IMG/VR virus record: IMGVR_UViG_3300036772_000294
Span: 1-64,000 of that record
Strand: one strand, 5' to 3'
Source: a virus
DNA length: 64,000 nucleotides
Shown: one piece after another, positions 18,737 to 28,092 of the stretch
Position numbering within the stretch: the first letter of the stretch is position 1
Layout: the number at the start of each line of letters is the position of its first letter
The notes under the pieces: generated by a model
The model's input: the letters and a program-made list of their open reading frames with translations, nothing else
Told to the model about the DNA's origin: nothing
The model's database searches: none
Translations under genes and position numbers: made by a program

Positions 18737-19480
18737 TCAGGATGGCCTATTGAGTAGTTCGGACTTCACGCTATCGGGTAATAAGGTAAGGGCCGCATCG
18801 TTCATCGATCCGCCCTGTGTTAAAGAGTCCAGAAGGATAATGGTTATCGCGTCATCTTTGGCCGCGTGGGCCGCGTTGACAGAATTAGCGGCATTGCTGG
18901 CCAGCTGCTCAACATCGTGCGCAGGGGTATCGCATGCGGTTATCTGCTGCTGAAGAGCAGTAGTGACGCTCCTTACTTCCTGGATCAGAGCGTCAGATAG
19001 CACTGGCGGGACGAGCTTGAGGGCAGCGTTTACGCGTGCGAAGCATGCTGCAGCGGGCGCGGTATTTATCAGTTGAAGCTGAGATTGCAGGTTGCCGGAT
19101 TTACGGTCATCGGTAATGGCAACGAGAATCTGCGGCTGGGTATCGGACGGCAAATGATTCACCTTGCAATACACGTCCCATCCAATTTGTATGCCGATCA
19201 GTTCTGACTTAGTGGCATTGGCCTCTATCAAGCTGGCAAGCGCAGCGGCGTGCTCACAGATATTTTTCAAGGCCGCCGGAGAGCTTTTTATATAAGTCAC
19301 TTCAGGTGAAATGCTGGGCGGGTATACGACATCGGACGAAATCATTGCCGCCAGCTGCACCTGCCGGCTGGTAGCGAGATCAATGCAGGATGAGGCTGTC
19401 TTTAGTGCTGCTGGCTTAATAAGCCCACCAGTTGCCTGAAGCGCTTGAAAAGCACGTACCTGGTAGTCTTTATCAAGCAT
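18737..19480 (-). CDS. upfB: UpfB-like protein
   Basis: MLDKDYQV...IGWDVYC...LLPDSV resembles P1 UpfB; downstream of the PAAR gene. Confidence 0.7.
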   Translation of the reverse strand: MLDKDYQVRAFQALQATGGLIKPAALKTASSCIDLATSRQVQLAAMISSDVVYPPSISPEVTYIKSSPAALKNICEHAAALASLIEANATKSELIGIQIGWDVYCKVNHLPSDTQPQILVAITDDRKSGNLQSQLQLINTAPAAACFARVNAALKLVPPVLSDALIQEVRSVTTALQQQITACDTPAHDVEQLASNAANSVNAAHAAKDDAITIILLDSLTQGGSMNDAALTLLPDSVKSELLNRPS

Positions 19481-19664
19481 GCTTTGACTCCGGGATTGCC
19501 TGGAGCATGCATTCCCGGCAAACGTATTTGCCTGATGCCCGGTCAAAATAAATGGCTTCACGATTAGAGCAGGGCGCTGAATAACAAAGGCCGTTATAGA
19601 TGCCCTTTGTGTGACTGCCGCGCCCGCGTAAACGGCTTTCGCGCGTGGTGGCTGCTTTTTGCAT
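19473..19664 (-). CDS. Small Zn-finger hypothetical protein
   Basis: C-x4-C...CREC; fills the gap between PAAR and upfB. Confidence 0.45.
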   Translation of the reverse strand: MQKAATTRESRLRGRGSHTKGIYNGLCYSAPCSNREAIYFDRASGKYVCRECMLQAIPESKHA

Positions 19665-19669
19665 AACGT

Positions 19670-19954
19670 TTACTCGATTGTCAGAAAGCCGTCGCCGGTG
19701 GCCACCGATGACCCGCAGGAAACTGGATCGCCAACGCATACAATTGGTACGCCATTAACAGTGAAGTATGGGCGCGTACTGATAGCCGAACCATCGTGCG
19801 AAGAAACGATATCCGCGTGTACGGCAAACATATTGCCGGCGACTAAAACGGGTAGTCCGTTAACTGTCATAAAGGGCTCATTGGTTACGGCAGGACGCGG
19901 CGGAAACCCCCCGTGGCCTGAACAAATTGAACTCGCTATCGCGATCGCTGACAT
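19670..19954 (-). CDS. upfC: PAAR spike-tip protein (UpfC)
   Basis: CSGHGGFPP...HDG...GDPVSCGS PAAR signature. Confidence 0.9.
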   Translation of the reverse strand: MSAIAIASSICSGHGGFPPRPAVTNEPFMTVNGLPVLVAGNMFAVHADIVSSHDGSAISTRPYFTVNGVPIVCVGDPVSCGSSVATGDGFLTIE

Positions 19955-20020
19955 ATCTCAGTCTCTATCCGTTGAAGTGGTGACTGGTCATCTTAAGTTG
20001 ATTGTTTTATGACCTTGCAT

Positions 20021-20047
20021 TATAGGATAACAAAAAGTTTAGGATAG
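20021..20047. promoter_or_regulatory. Two degenerate operator-like copies next to a minus-strand TATAAT
   Basis: Minus strand CTATCCTAAACTTTTTGTTATCCTATAAT upstream of PAAR. Confidence 0.55.
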
Positions 20048-20214
20048 CGAGGGGAGAGTTTAATCAAGAAGAGGGCACACAAAGCAATACAGCCTCCACA
20101 GGAATCTGCGGAGGCTGTTATACACGCGGACTGCCAGATGCTTGCATTGCCCGGCATAGTTTCGGGCTGCGGTGATTACATGGTTAGCCTGGAGTTTTTA
20201 CCTCGTTTAGGCAA

Positions 20215-21204
20215 TTAATAAGCAATAATTTTCTCTTCAGCTCCACAAGCATTTGCGGGGGAATTTCTTGCTGAACCTATCCAGATTCCAAATGAGCCGT
20301 CTGGTTTTTTGCAATAAACACGGGCCTGCCTTTCACATACAGCACTAAGAGTAGGCATGTCAGTAATTGAAATTGGCGGGCAATCCTTGATCTGAGATAA
20401 AGGTTTACCAGTGGTGTTGCTGAACGGGAGAGGTGCTGGGCATCCAGGTTTTGGGGCACTTATCACTCCGTTACCCAATAACTGTGGTTCACAATTTTCT
20501 GGTGGTGGAGGAGGTGGGGTAATTTTTTCAACTTTCTTAGGATGTGGGATATATAACATTGCCCCATTGAAGTTGGTATTTATGATCAAAGTAACAGGGC
20601 GTTCACCGATTCTGTCACAACTAAAATATTGTTCATTCCCGTCAATCTCCTGATCTTTTTCAACCATACTATCGCAAGTCATTCCGATTATTTGAGGTTT
20701 TCTAATTATTGTCGTATGAGACACTGATCCTACATTCATAAATTTAATTGAGATATTTACCTGAGAATCATCTACAACTTCGCCATTAATTATCAAACCT
20801 CCTTGTCTGTTCTTGCATTGGCTCCATGCATCAATAATTTTAGGGTCTGCAACAAGACGGAGTGCCGAAGTGTAGCCTTGATCGGACATGTCACTCTGAT
20901 TTTTGCTGCAATACTGATTTTTAGTGTTATTAACATCACTTGAATTGGAACTACCAGTTAGGCCCAGCCCAATAGAGCCAAGTTGAAGGCTTACACCGCC
21001 ATCCCAGCCACCGGAGCTACTTTTATCCTGAGATGTAGAGGAGCAGAATTCGCTATTGAAAATGTTTCTCAGGTTTGATTTGTGCAGATCAGAGTAAGTA
21101 TTTCTCACGCCTTGCTCAAGTATGGCATCACATCCATCTAGGGCATAAGCGTTAGTTGATAAAAGGCCCAAAAGCGATACAACGCATAGTAACTTTGTAC
21201 ACAT
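20215..21204 (-). CDS. Secreted Cys-rich protein of unknown function (AT-rich moron)
   Basis: Signal peptide ending AYA, many Cys, poly-Pro linker, lower GC than its flanks. Confidence 0.75.
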   Translation of the reverse strand: MCTKLLCVVSLLGLLSTNAYALDGCDAILEQGVRNTYSDLHKSNLRNIFNSEFCSSTSQDKSSSGGWDGGVSLQLGSIGLGLTGSSNSSDVNNTKNQYCSKNQSDMSDQGYTSALRLVADPKIIDAWSQCKNRQGGLIINGEVVDDSQVNISIKFMNVGSVSHTTIIRKPQIIGMTCDSMVEKDQEIDGNEQYFSCDRIGERPVTLIINTNFNGAMLYIPHPKKVEKITPPPPPPENCEPQLLGNGVISAPKPGCPAPLPFSNTTGKPLSQIKDCPPISITDMPTLSAVCERQARVYCKKPDGSFGIWIGSARNSPANACGAEEKIIAY

Positions 21205-21345
21205 ATAGCGCCCTTATTTTTTTAATAGATATAAATCAAGGTAGCAGTACTATATAAATCCTCAATAGATAAGAAGTATAATTTTATTATATTTGATGAC
21301 CGTCCTCAAAGGAGGCCCAATGTATGTTGGGCCTGTGAGTCAGAA

Positions 21346-22275
21346 CTAGATAGGCTGCTGGCCTTTATATTCCCCACCTAAGGCAGCAATAACCTCGGCA
21401 ATCATTGCTGCAACCTCACTGGTAAAAAGAAGGAAATCAGCGTCGAAGCGCTGCGCCAGGTCCTCCAGGTCAATATCATCATTTTGATTTAGCAGCGTGT
21501 CGCAAAATTTAAGTTTTGAAAGCACGCCGTCGTCACTAAGTGAAAAGGTGATACGCTCTTGCCATTCCAACGCCAGCTTCGTCACGACCTTTCCGGCTTC
21601 AAGGTGGACACTTATCTCATCTGAGATCAGGTCTTGCCGTTTGCAGCCTATAACGCCTCCATGCTCAAGGATGGCGGTTAGCTGCGCCTCGTCCTGAATG
21701 AGGAAACCAGCTGGTGCATTACCCGTCTTGAGCCATTCGGTGAGCGTGAGTTCAACTGCACATTCAAACGTGAGGGGAACAACCGGCAAGGAGCCGATAG
21801 ATTTCCTCAGAAGCGCCAGGGCATCTTCTGCGCGTTTTGCGCTGGTGGCATTGATGGCAATCAGACCGGTTGTCGTATCGATCCAGATCTCGGTGCGGGA
21901 ATACTTGCTGAATGCGCGCGGCAGCAGCGTATGTAGCACCTCATCTTTGAGAGAATCCTTTTCGGCTTTTTTCAGCTTTCGGCCCAGACTCTGTTGAAGC
22001 TTCTCTATTTTCTCCTGCAGGTGCATTTTCAGCACCGGCGACGGGAGGATCTTCTCTTCACGCTGGACAACCAGAAGAATGTGCCCTGAGCCAGTGTGTA
22101 TGAGACTATCGCTGAGGTTCTCCAGTGGCGGCACCCAACCAGCTTTTGCCATGTCCTGGCTGGTACAAGTAACAAAGGCAAAAGCAGCCAGCTGTGCGGG
22201 CAGGCTTTCGGCATCCCAGGACAGATCACGCGATTGACGGTACAGGCAAAGGTTCTTAAAGGGTCTGAATAGCAT
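21346..22275 (-). CDS. rdgC: Recombination-associated protein RdgC (P1 HrdC)
   Basis: FKNLCLY...GWVPP...REEKILP...LLPRAFS...RFDADF. Confidence 0.95.
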   Translation of the reverse strand: MLFRPFKNLCLYRQSRDLSWDAESLPAQLAAFAFVTCTSQDMAKAGWVPPLENLSDSLIHTGSGHILLVVQREEKILPSPVLKMHLQEKIEKLQQSLGRKLKKAEKDSLKDEVLHTLLPRAFSKYSRTEIWIDTTTGLIAINATSAKRAEDALALLRKSIGSLPVVPLTFECAVELTLTEWLKTGNAPAGFLIQDEAQLTAILEHGGVIGCKRQDLISDEISVHLEAGKVVTKLALEWQERITFSLSDDGVLSKLKFCDTLLNQNDDIDLEDLAQRFDADFLLFTSEVAAMIAEVIAALGGEYKGQQPI

Positions 22276-22582
22276 CGTCTGCGGCCTCCATAGTCAAGAT
22301 GAAAGTGGACGCAGCGTGGGCAGGAATAAAAACGAGCGTAACGCTTTCCAGCCCGATCTCAGCGCAGTAACGCAGACAGCCGTCACTGGTGGTCCAGTAT
22401 TTGATCCCGCCGCGTGTTTCCTTAGCCACCAGCTCTAAATCGTCTTTATTAGCGGATTTGCAATAAAGAGCATATTTGTCGGTAGACAGGTCTTTACGGA
22501 CTTCGAAATTCTTCACTGACTCGCATTCAATCATCTGAATTAGAGAAAGCTTATCAATTAATCGTTGTTCCATTTGAGGCAC
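22256..22582 (-). CDS. Hypothetical protein (positional equivalent of P1 uhr)
   Basis: Overlaps the rdgC start; TRGGIKYW motif. Confidence 0.5.
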   Translation of the reverse strand: MPQMEQRLIDKLSLIQMIECESVKNFEVRKDLSTDKYALYCKSANKDDLELVAKETRGGIKYWTTSDGCLRYCAEIGLESVTLVFIPAHAASTFILTMEAADDAIQTL

Positions 22583-22639
22583 ACCCCGTGGTGAGAAAGT
22601 CAGCTTGTGCCCCTATTGAATCACACAATAAAATCAAAG

Positions 22640-22649
22640 TTTAGGATAA
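22640..22649. promoter_or_regulatory. Operator-like motif TTATCCTAAA
   Basis: Exact copy upstream of the uhr-rdgC operon. Confidence 0.65.
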
Positions 22650-22650
22650 C

Positions 22651-23271
22651 TTATTTTTTAAACTCCACCGCTGCGCTTTTTGAGCTGAGCATGCCCCCCG
22701 CTTTAAGGTTTATGTTGCCCGCGGCTTCCAGATCTAAATCACTCCCTGATTTTAATTTCATGCCCCCGTCGGCTTGAATAAAGGCATTTTGAGTAGTGAT
22801 GATGTAGATCTGTCCTGTGTCGTTCATACCCATCGTTGTATTGCTGGCCATGTGTGTAACGGACCAACTGCCATTAGGGCTGCGGTGCTCGAGCAGTCCG
22901 TTGCGGTTGTAAACGAAATCCTCGGTCGGGGTGTTGGGTGACACGTCAGGCGCGCCTTCTACCGCTGGTGGCTGATAACCTGGCCCTCCCCATGATTCAG
23001 GGGGAACATTTGGGGTGCCGCCGGGAGCATCCTGAGCGGCTCCAACGATAAGAGGGCGACGGGTATCCCCGTTATAGGGGAACTCTACCCACACATAATC
23101 GCCGACTTTACACGGGACAAATGCGCCGCCGATGGGGAGGAGGTATTCCGCCCAGGGGCAGGCTTCATCCGGGACTGCATCCCATGTGCCGACGAGCTTT
23201 ATCTGTGCGCGCATGAGCTTGTCAGGATCTATGGTGTTGGTGATTTTGGCCCGCATACGTAAATTAGTCAC
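22651..23271 (-). CDS. Baseplate spike gp5-like (gpV OB-fold)
   Basis: DPDKLMR...PWAE...VGDYVWVEF..GDTRRP; beta-helix C-terminus; start position uncertain. Confidence 0.85.
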   Translation of the reverse strand: MTNLRMRAKITNTIDPDKLMRAQIKLVGTWDAVPDEACPWAEYLLPIGGAFVPCKVGDYVWVEFPYNGDTRRPLIVGAAQDAPGGTPNVPPESWGGPGYQPPAVEGAPDVSPNTPTEDFVYNRNGLLEHRSPNGSWSVTHMASNTTMGMNDTGQIYIITTQNAFIQADGGMKLKSGSDLDLEAAGNINLKAGGMLSSKSAAVEFKK

Positions 23272-24253
23272 CGTTGAATACTCCCATTTCAACAAAGCAA
23301 CGATAATTATCGCCGGTATCGAAGTGCGTTACTTTCGTGGCAACCATAACAGCGGGCATCGACTCGTCTACACTGCTTTCGCTGTTATCGCGGTGAATGA
23401 CGCACTTTATCGGGTAGCCTGGAGTGATGGCACCGAAACCAGGCGTATCAAACTCAAGCGCCGGTGCGAAGTAGTTACGCAGGTTGTTTAGTTGTGCTAC
23501 GTCCCCAGCTGGCACCAGCCTGATAGGGTCGCTCTCGCCTCCCTTCGAGCTGCGTAAGCCTTCGGTCATGGAGTAACTGACGTAGCGCACTTTGTGCTGA
23601 CGTTCCAGCTCATAATCCTTACTCAGAATTTTGAAGGACAACATCGAGTGTCGGGCCTTCGCGTTGTTGGCCTCGATAGTGAGCATTGCTGACTGGCCGG
23701 ATAACCGGGCCATGTCTTTGAAATGCAGCTTGCCGCGGGACCACCAGCATAACGCACCATGATCTTTGGCTATCTGACGAAGGAGCTTAGATGGCAGCCC
23801 ACCAACATTCAGATGATATGTTCCCAGCCCGTGAAATGTATCCGCGTCGATCGCAGCACCTGGAGCGAGCTCGCGCAGTATCGCGGCGGGTTGCTTTTCA
23901 ACAAAGAAACGCGTCGTACTACTTGGCGTCTTAAGCTTGAATGTTGTTTCCGAAAACGCGTTGATCTCAATGATTGGGCCAGCCATTGGCGGCACGACAA
24001 CGGTAAAGCGTTCTTTGAAGATAGTGCCCCCCCCATCGGGGTCGCCTAATGACGCCTCTATCAAGGTCCCTTTCTGCACCTTCATATTGTCGTTATACGT
24101 ATGGTCGTTGTTGTTCAGCCTGATTATCAGCTGTGGACCGCTCATGTCCGACGTTTCTATGTATGCCAGCTGGGCAATGCGTTCGACGGGTATTTGCCTA
24201 CCCGCTAACGTCAGGTGCTGAACAAAGAAACTGGTCTGATTGTTATCGCTCAT
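23264..24253 (-). CDS. Baseplate hub gp6-like
   Basis: LLRQIAKDHGALCWWSRGKLHF hub motif; synteny 24-6-5. Confidence 0.7.
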   Translation of the reverse strand: MSDNNQTSFFVQHLTLAGRQIPVERIAQLAYIETSDMSGPQLIIRLNNNDHTYNDNMKVQKGTLIEASLGDPDGGGTIFKERFTVVVPPMAGPIIEINAFSETTFKLKTPSSTTRFFVEKQPAAILRELAPGAAIDADTFHGLGTYHLNVGGLPSKLLRQIAKDHGALCWWSRGKLHFKDMARLSGQSAMLTIEANNAKARHSMLSFKILSKDYELERQHKVRYVSYSMTEGLRSSKGGESDPIRLVPAGDVAQLNNLRNYFAPALEFDTPGFGAITPGYPIKCVIHRDNSESSVDESMPAVMVATKVTHFDTGDNYRCFVEMGVFNGD

Positions 24254-25037
24254 GCAGGACGCTCCCATAGACGCGCACTGTCGTATTCACCGGCTCTATA
24301 AATTCGGCTTCCAGTATCTCGGACACAACGTCTATTGCGATGGCATTTGCGTACAAGCGCCCCTCGTCGCGGCTTACTGACTGTGAGGCGAATGAAACCT
24401 CCATGGGGAATTCCACCTCAGTGTTGAGCATGACAGGCGCGCCGCCGAGGCGTGTTTTAGCCTGGAACGTTTTCGTCCTTTTTCGTGTGCTTCGCCGCAT
24501 ATAGGTTGCGAGCGTTGTACTCATCATGGAAAGGGAATGTTTTTCATCGGAGATCAGCACGACGGTATAGGTGAACTTCACAAACGATTTGTTAACGATG
24601 GCGTAAGCGAGCTGTCTGGCTGTTCCCTCGGTCCTAACCAACGTACCGATATTCTCGATATCGATGTAGGCGTCAGTGTCGAACATGCCAAAATCGACGC
24701 TGCGGCTAACATGGATAACGGGTAGTGCGTTGTGGTTGATATTTTTGCCGTGTTCACCCTTCCTCCCTTCTTTGGCCTTTGTTATGGCGTTTACCAGGTC
24801 CATAGGCGTGTCATATTCGCCTACAAATACACGGTCTTTAGGGTCGCGCGCCAGGAAGGCACGGAAGGGATCACTTTCGCGGCGCTGGTCGGTGATTCGT
24901 ATGCCGGTGAATATCTCCAGGATGTAATTCCCAAAGGCTGTATCGACGTCGCTCAGGTCCGTTATTTCCCGCTCACCAGTTAATGTTTTATTGGGGATTT
25001 GAAACTGCGCTAAAAGCTCTCTTGTCTCAGTGCTCAT
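24243..25037 (-). CDS. Tail terminator gp24-like
   Basis: 264 aa; synteny. Confidence 0.6.
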   Translation of the reverse strand: MSTETRELLAQFQIPNKTLTGEREITDLSDVDTAFGNYILEIFTGIRITDQRRESDPFRAFLARDPKDRVFVGEYDTPMDLVNAITKAKEGRKGEHGKNINHNALPVIHVSRSVDFGMFDTDAYIDIENIGTLVRTEGTARQLAYAIVNKSFVKFTYTVVLISDEKHSLSMMSTTLATYMRRSTRKRTKTFQAKTRLGGAPVMLNTEVEFPMEVSFASQSVSRDEGRLYANAIAIDVVSEILEAEFIEPVNTTVRVYGSVLHER

Positions 25038-25722
25038 CGGTAATTACTCCCTCAAAACTACGCGAAGGGATGCAGAAGTACAGACTGCCGACGTTGGTCG
25101 TACCGTAATTTGCAATACGCAACACGTACCACCAGGCGGTCCGGGTCTGGCCGCCCGCGATATCTTCTTTCCAGGCCAGCACGCTTCCGATCGGAATACC
25201 TTTTGAGGCTATCTTCAGCACCAGTGCGGAGTCACCGATCCCGGCGTTATCGTCTCCGGCATCCATCGAAATAAACGAGTCCATCTCATCGGGCACATCG
25301 ACAACACAAACCTCTTCAGGGTCACTATATGTGAGCTCCTGCTGGTGGGGATCAAGTCGGGTAAATTCAGCTTGTTCGTATGCGCCCGTTTCAAAGCCTG
25401 TCTCATCCACTTCTGAGGGGATGTCGCTTACAGGACGCCATAAAAGAGCATCAAAGCTATCAGGACTGGCTTTTATCAGTTTCATCCAGCTGTCGGCCAG
25501 AAGCTCATTAAGGCCGCTTTTAACACCGAGAGAGTGGCGATTACGTTCAAGCTTATCGAAATTGCCGGCTACGATAGGTTTTACAGGTAGGACGGGATCG
25601 ATTGTCGTTTCTCCAATACATTCAGGCATTGGCACCAATTTATCTTCGGCGCCCCCATTGCCGCTGCTGGATGCGTCAGGCGGCATGGGCTCATAAAATT
25701 CACTATAAATTGTCACGGTCAC
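25027..25722 (-). CDS. gp7-like head completion/tail stability protein
   Basis: 231 aa; synteny 25-7-24. Confidence 0.6.
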   Translation of the reverse strand: MTVTIYSEFYEPMPPDASSSGNGGAEDKLVPMPECIGETTIDPVLPVKPIVAGNFDKLERNRHSLGVKSGLNELLADSWMKLIKASPDSFDALLWRPVSDIPSEVDETGFETGAYEQAEFTRLDPHQQELTYSDPEEVCVVDVPDEMDSFISMDAGDDNAGIGDSALVLKIASKGIPIGSVLAWKEDIAGGQTRTAWWYVLRIANYGTTNVGSLYFCIPSRSFEGVITDEH

Positions 25723-26921
25723 TCCTTAAGTTTGTCTCTGACCATTTGCTCAAAGGCCACCAGCGCTTCGGCTTCTGTTTTCCCGCTCATTTTGAATGCA
25801 GCTATGACCATTTGCTTTCTAAGCTTCAGTTCGCTGGCTATACGGGTTTTAAGTAACTTATTCTCGGCGGCGGCTATGCGTGCTTTGTTTTCCGCTTGCT
25901 CGGCGCGTGTACGCTCTTCGGCACTTTGCTTCCGCGCTCGGCGGAGCTGCTGGCGGATCTTCTCAGTGGAGGCGTGCCCGCTGGATAATTTTTTGCCCAT
26001 TGCCTCTTGCCGGCGCTTATAGGTGTCAAATTCGGCGCGGAGTTTCTTCTGGTTAATCTGCGTTGAGCGGTTTCTCTTGAGTTCTTTCTGATCATCAGCA
26101 TCAAACGTCCGTGACGCGCGGTCTTCGCCGAAACCCACGCGGGAGGCCTGGCTTTCCATTTGGCGAGCAAGTAGGCGCTGCCATATCGACGACTGCAGCA
26201 TGACCATGACCTTAAGGACGTGTTTGCAGCTGGTGCCTTTGAGCTGTTTGTTACGGATCTTCGGATAGGCAAATTCTTTCGGGGGGGCCAGTGCATAGTT
26301 GCCGACCGTCGCCATGTAGCGATACCAGTATTGGTGGCGGCCGCAGTCACAATCAAACGATACCCTGCCAGCGCAAACGGCTTTCATTGCCTTCTGGTAG
26401 GCCTGCGGTGAATGATCGGATTCGGTGAGGTGATCGTCCCATTCCTCAAGTCGAATTTGTACACGGTGTTCCTGATGAACCGAGGCGCGGGAGGCTTTTA
26501 CCCTGAATGTTGCGACGTTTCCACGTATGCCTGTCATATTGGCATTCGTGATGCCGGTGTCGTCGCCCGTGCGGTTGTTGGCTCGGTCCACGTCAATTTT
26601 AAGCGCGCTGGCCACAAGCTGAGAATACATGATCCCGCTGGCACTGCCCGCGTGTCTGGCCTTGTGCTTTTGGCGGGATTTATCGAAGGCTTTGAGGTCA
26701 TCCGCCGTGAAGAAAGTACCGCCTTGTTTTTTCCCCAGCGCGAGCAAACCTTCTAGTGTTTTATTCTTCATCCCTACAGGCGTTAGCGTTCGCCTGGCCC
26801 CGCGGCGGGAAACCCGCTGCGCTTTGCCAATCATATTGAAAATGGCGTTAAAACCGTGCTCATCAAGGCCTGACGTCAGATAGCGACCGGCGTCGTCGCG
26901 CTCGACCGTAACTTTTGGCAT
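25719..26921 (-). CDS. gp25-like protein with SWIM-type Zn finger
   Basis: CDCGRHQYWYRY...CKH. Confidence 0.7.
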   Translation of the reverse strand: MPKVTVERDDAGRYLTSGLDEHGFNAIFNMIGKAQRVSRRGARRTLTPVGMKNKTLEGLLALGKKQGGTFFTADDLKAFDKSRQKHKARHAGSASGIMYSQLVASALKIDVDRANNRTGDDTGITNANMTGIRGNVATFRVKASRASVHQEHRVQIRLEEWDDHLTESDHSPQAYQKAMKAVCAGRVSFDCDCGRHQYWYRYMATVGNYALAPPKEFAYPKIRNKQLKGTSCKHVLKVMVMLQSSIWQRLLARQMESQASRVGFGEDRASRTFDADDQKELKRNRSTQINQKKLRAEFDTYKRRQEAMGKKLSSGHASTEKIRQQLRRARKQSAEERTRAEQAENKARIAAAENKLLKTRIASELKLRKQMVIAAFKMSGKTEAEALVAFEQMVRDKLKE

Positions 26922-27244
26922 TACTCGATACCTCCGCCTTCTGAAAAATGCCTGATGCGTTCGCGTATCCAGGTTCGGGAAGGGAGGCGGATCTCGTTAC
27001 CAACGGGCAGGGGGGAGGCCTCGTCATCGCCACCAGCCAGGAGGGTAATAACCCAACGTAGAATTTCCGTCTCATAAGCCCTGAATGCAGCGAGGTCTGG
27101 GCGGTATTGTTCGTCGGGCTGGATGGTATAGAACTTGCCTTCAGCACCGTAGTCGCCGCTTTGCGCAAGAATGGCGTTATACAAAAACGAACGGATGATC
27201 GGGTCTTCTAAATTTCTATCGTCCAGGCGGGAATATTCAGTCAC
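26921..27244 (-). CDS. Baseplate protein gp26-like (LysM-like)
   Basis: YRPDLAAFRAY...LRWV...LPVG..IRLP. Confidence 0.75.
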   Translation of the reverse strand: MTEYSRLDDRNLEDPIIRSFLYNAILAQSGDYGAEGKFYTIQPDEQYRPDLAAFRAYETEILRWVITLLAGGDDEASPLPVGNEIRLPSRTWIRERIRHFSEGGGIE

Positions 27245-27897
27245 AAGATGTTCCCCTTCCCGGTAAGTGGTGAGGCGAGTTTGGCCAGCCTCTCTGCCTC
27301 CAGCTTGTCATATGCGCTAAGCGTGTTCACCAGCGGTGCAATCACTGATGGCGTTCGTTCGCTGCGCCGGCCGCCAAACATTTTTTTGAGGTAGCCGATA
27401 GATGAGACGTCGTTGTAGGAGATACCGTAAACGGCCAGAAGGAGGAGGGCGATTTCCGGGGTTACTTCCGGCCAGTTAATGCGGTACATCGCCTCGCCCT
27501 TGCCGTCACGGTCCTCATCAACGATTGAAGCCGGAATATCGTAACGACCGGAGCAATCCGGGAAGGATATCGCCTGCTGGATGCCCAGCTCTTTGTAGTG
27601 TTCAAGTGCCACAACAATTACAGGCTTGCCGGTGGCAATATCGATTGAACCTAATCGGCAGTGGCTACCATAACGGCGTGAAATACGGGGCTGCGCTTCA
27701 TCAATCAGAATAATGGCGTCGGCCATTGCATACCTGGAAAGCTCCTCCTTCAGCACGGCATCCATTTCTTTGCGGGATTTTGGTAATGTTTTGGCCCCCA
27801 TGAAGTGCAATGTCTGGGATTCACTCGCGTAAACAGCTGTGGCGTACTGGCAGGGGGTGGTATTGAGTACAGCGGCAAAAATTGGTTTATTGCTCAT
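27241..27897 (-). CDS. mat: Maturation control protein Mat-like
   Basis: Downstream of ref as in P1; YRINWPEV motif; about 218 aa. Confidence 0.6.
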   Translation of the reverse strand: MSNKPIFAAVLNTTPCQYATAVYASESQTLHFMGAKTLPKSRKEMDAVLKEELSRYAMADAIILIDEAQPRISRRYGSHCRLGSIDIATGKPVIVVALEHYKELGIQQAISFPDCSGRYDIPASIVDEDRDGKGEAMYRINWPEVTPEIALLLLAVYGISYNDVSSIGYLKKMFGGRRSERTPSVIAPLVNTLSAYDKLEAERLAKLASPLTGKGNIL

Positions 27898-27912
27898 GGC
27901 GGTCCTCATATG

Positions 27913-27937
27913 AAAAAAGCCGCACTAGGCGGCTTTT
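27913..27937 (-). terminator. Intrinsic terminator (bidirectional shape)
   Basis: AAAAGCCGC-CTAGT-GCGGCTTTTTT on the minus strand. Confidence 0.75.
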
Positions 27938-27986
27938 GGTATATCTAAGTTTTGGGTAAAGCAAAGAACTACATGGACAAAGGTAA

Positions 27987-28058
27987 TGGCGGCTGGTGAA
28001 GAGAAAGTCTGCGCGAGCCCGGTGTGAATGTAATACAAGTTCCTCTCCCTTTACCAGC
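27987..28058 (-). ncRNA. Putative structured trans-acting sRNA (~72 nt)
   Basis: 16-bp closing stem GCTGGTAAAGGGAGAG/CTTTCTCTTCACCAGC with G-U pairs that favour the minus strand; 3' CGCCA; TTGCTC-N16-TATTAT promoter; downstream terminator; loop complementary to late-gene leaders. Confidence 0.65.
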
Positions 28059-28064
28059 ATTGAT

Positions 28065-28092
28065 ATAATATCTCATTTTAGGATAAGAGCAA
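28065..28092 (-). promoter_or_regulatory. Promoter with operator-like motif in its spacer (28077-28086)
   Basis: TTGCTC-TTATCCTAAAATGAGA-TATTAT. Confidence 0.6.

Noticed and set aside
23866-23880. Additional sRNA seed match CTGCGCGAGC inside the gp6-like gene
   Set aside because: Mid-CDS and far from any start codon; expected by chance. It shows that the short 7-8 nt matches are individually weak.
27987-28058. tRNA gene
   Set aside because: tRNA-like length and a CCA end, but no D arm, TTCGA T-loop or anticodon arm.
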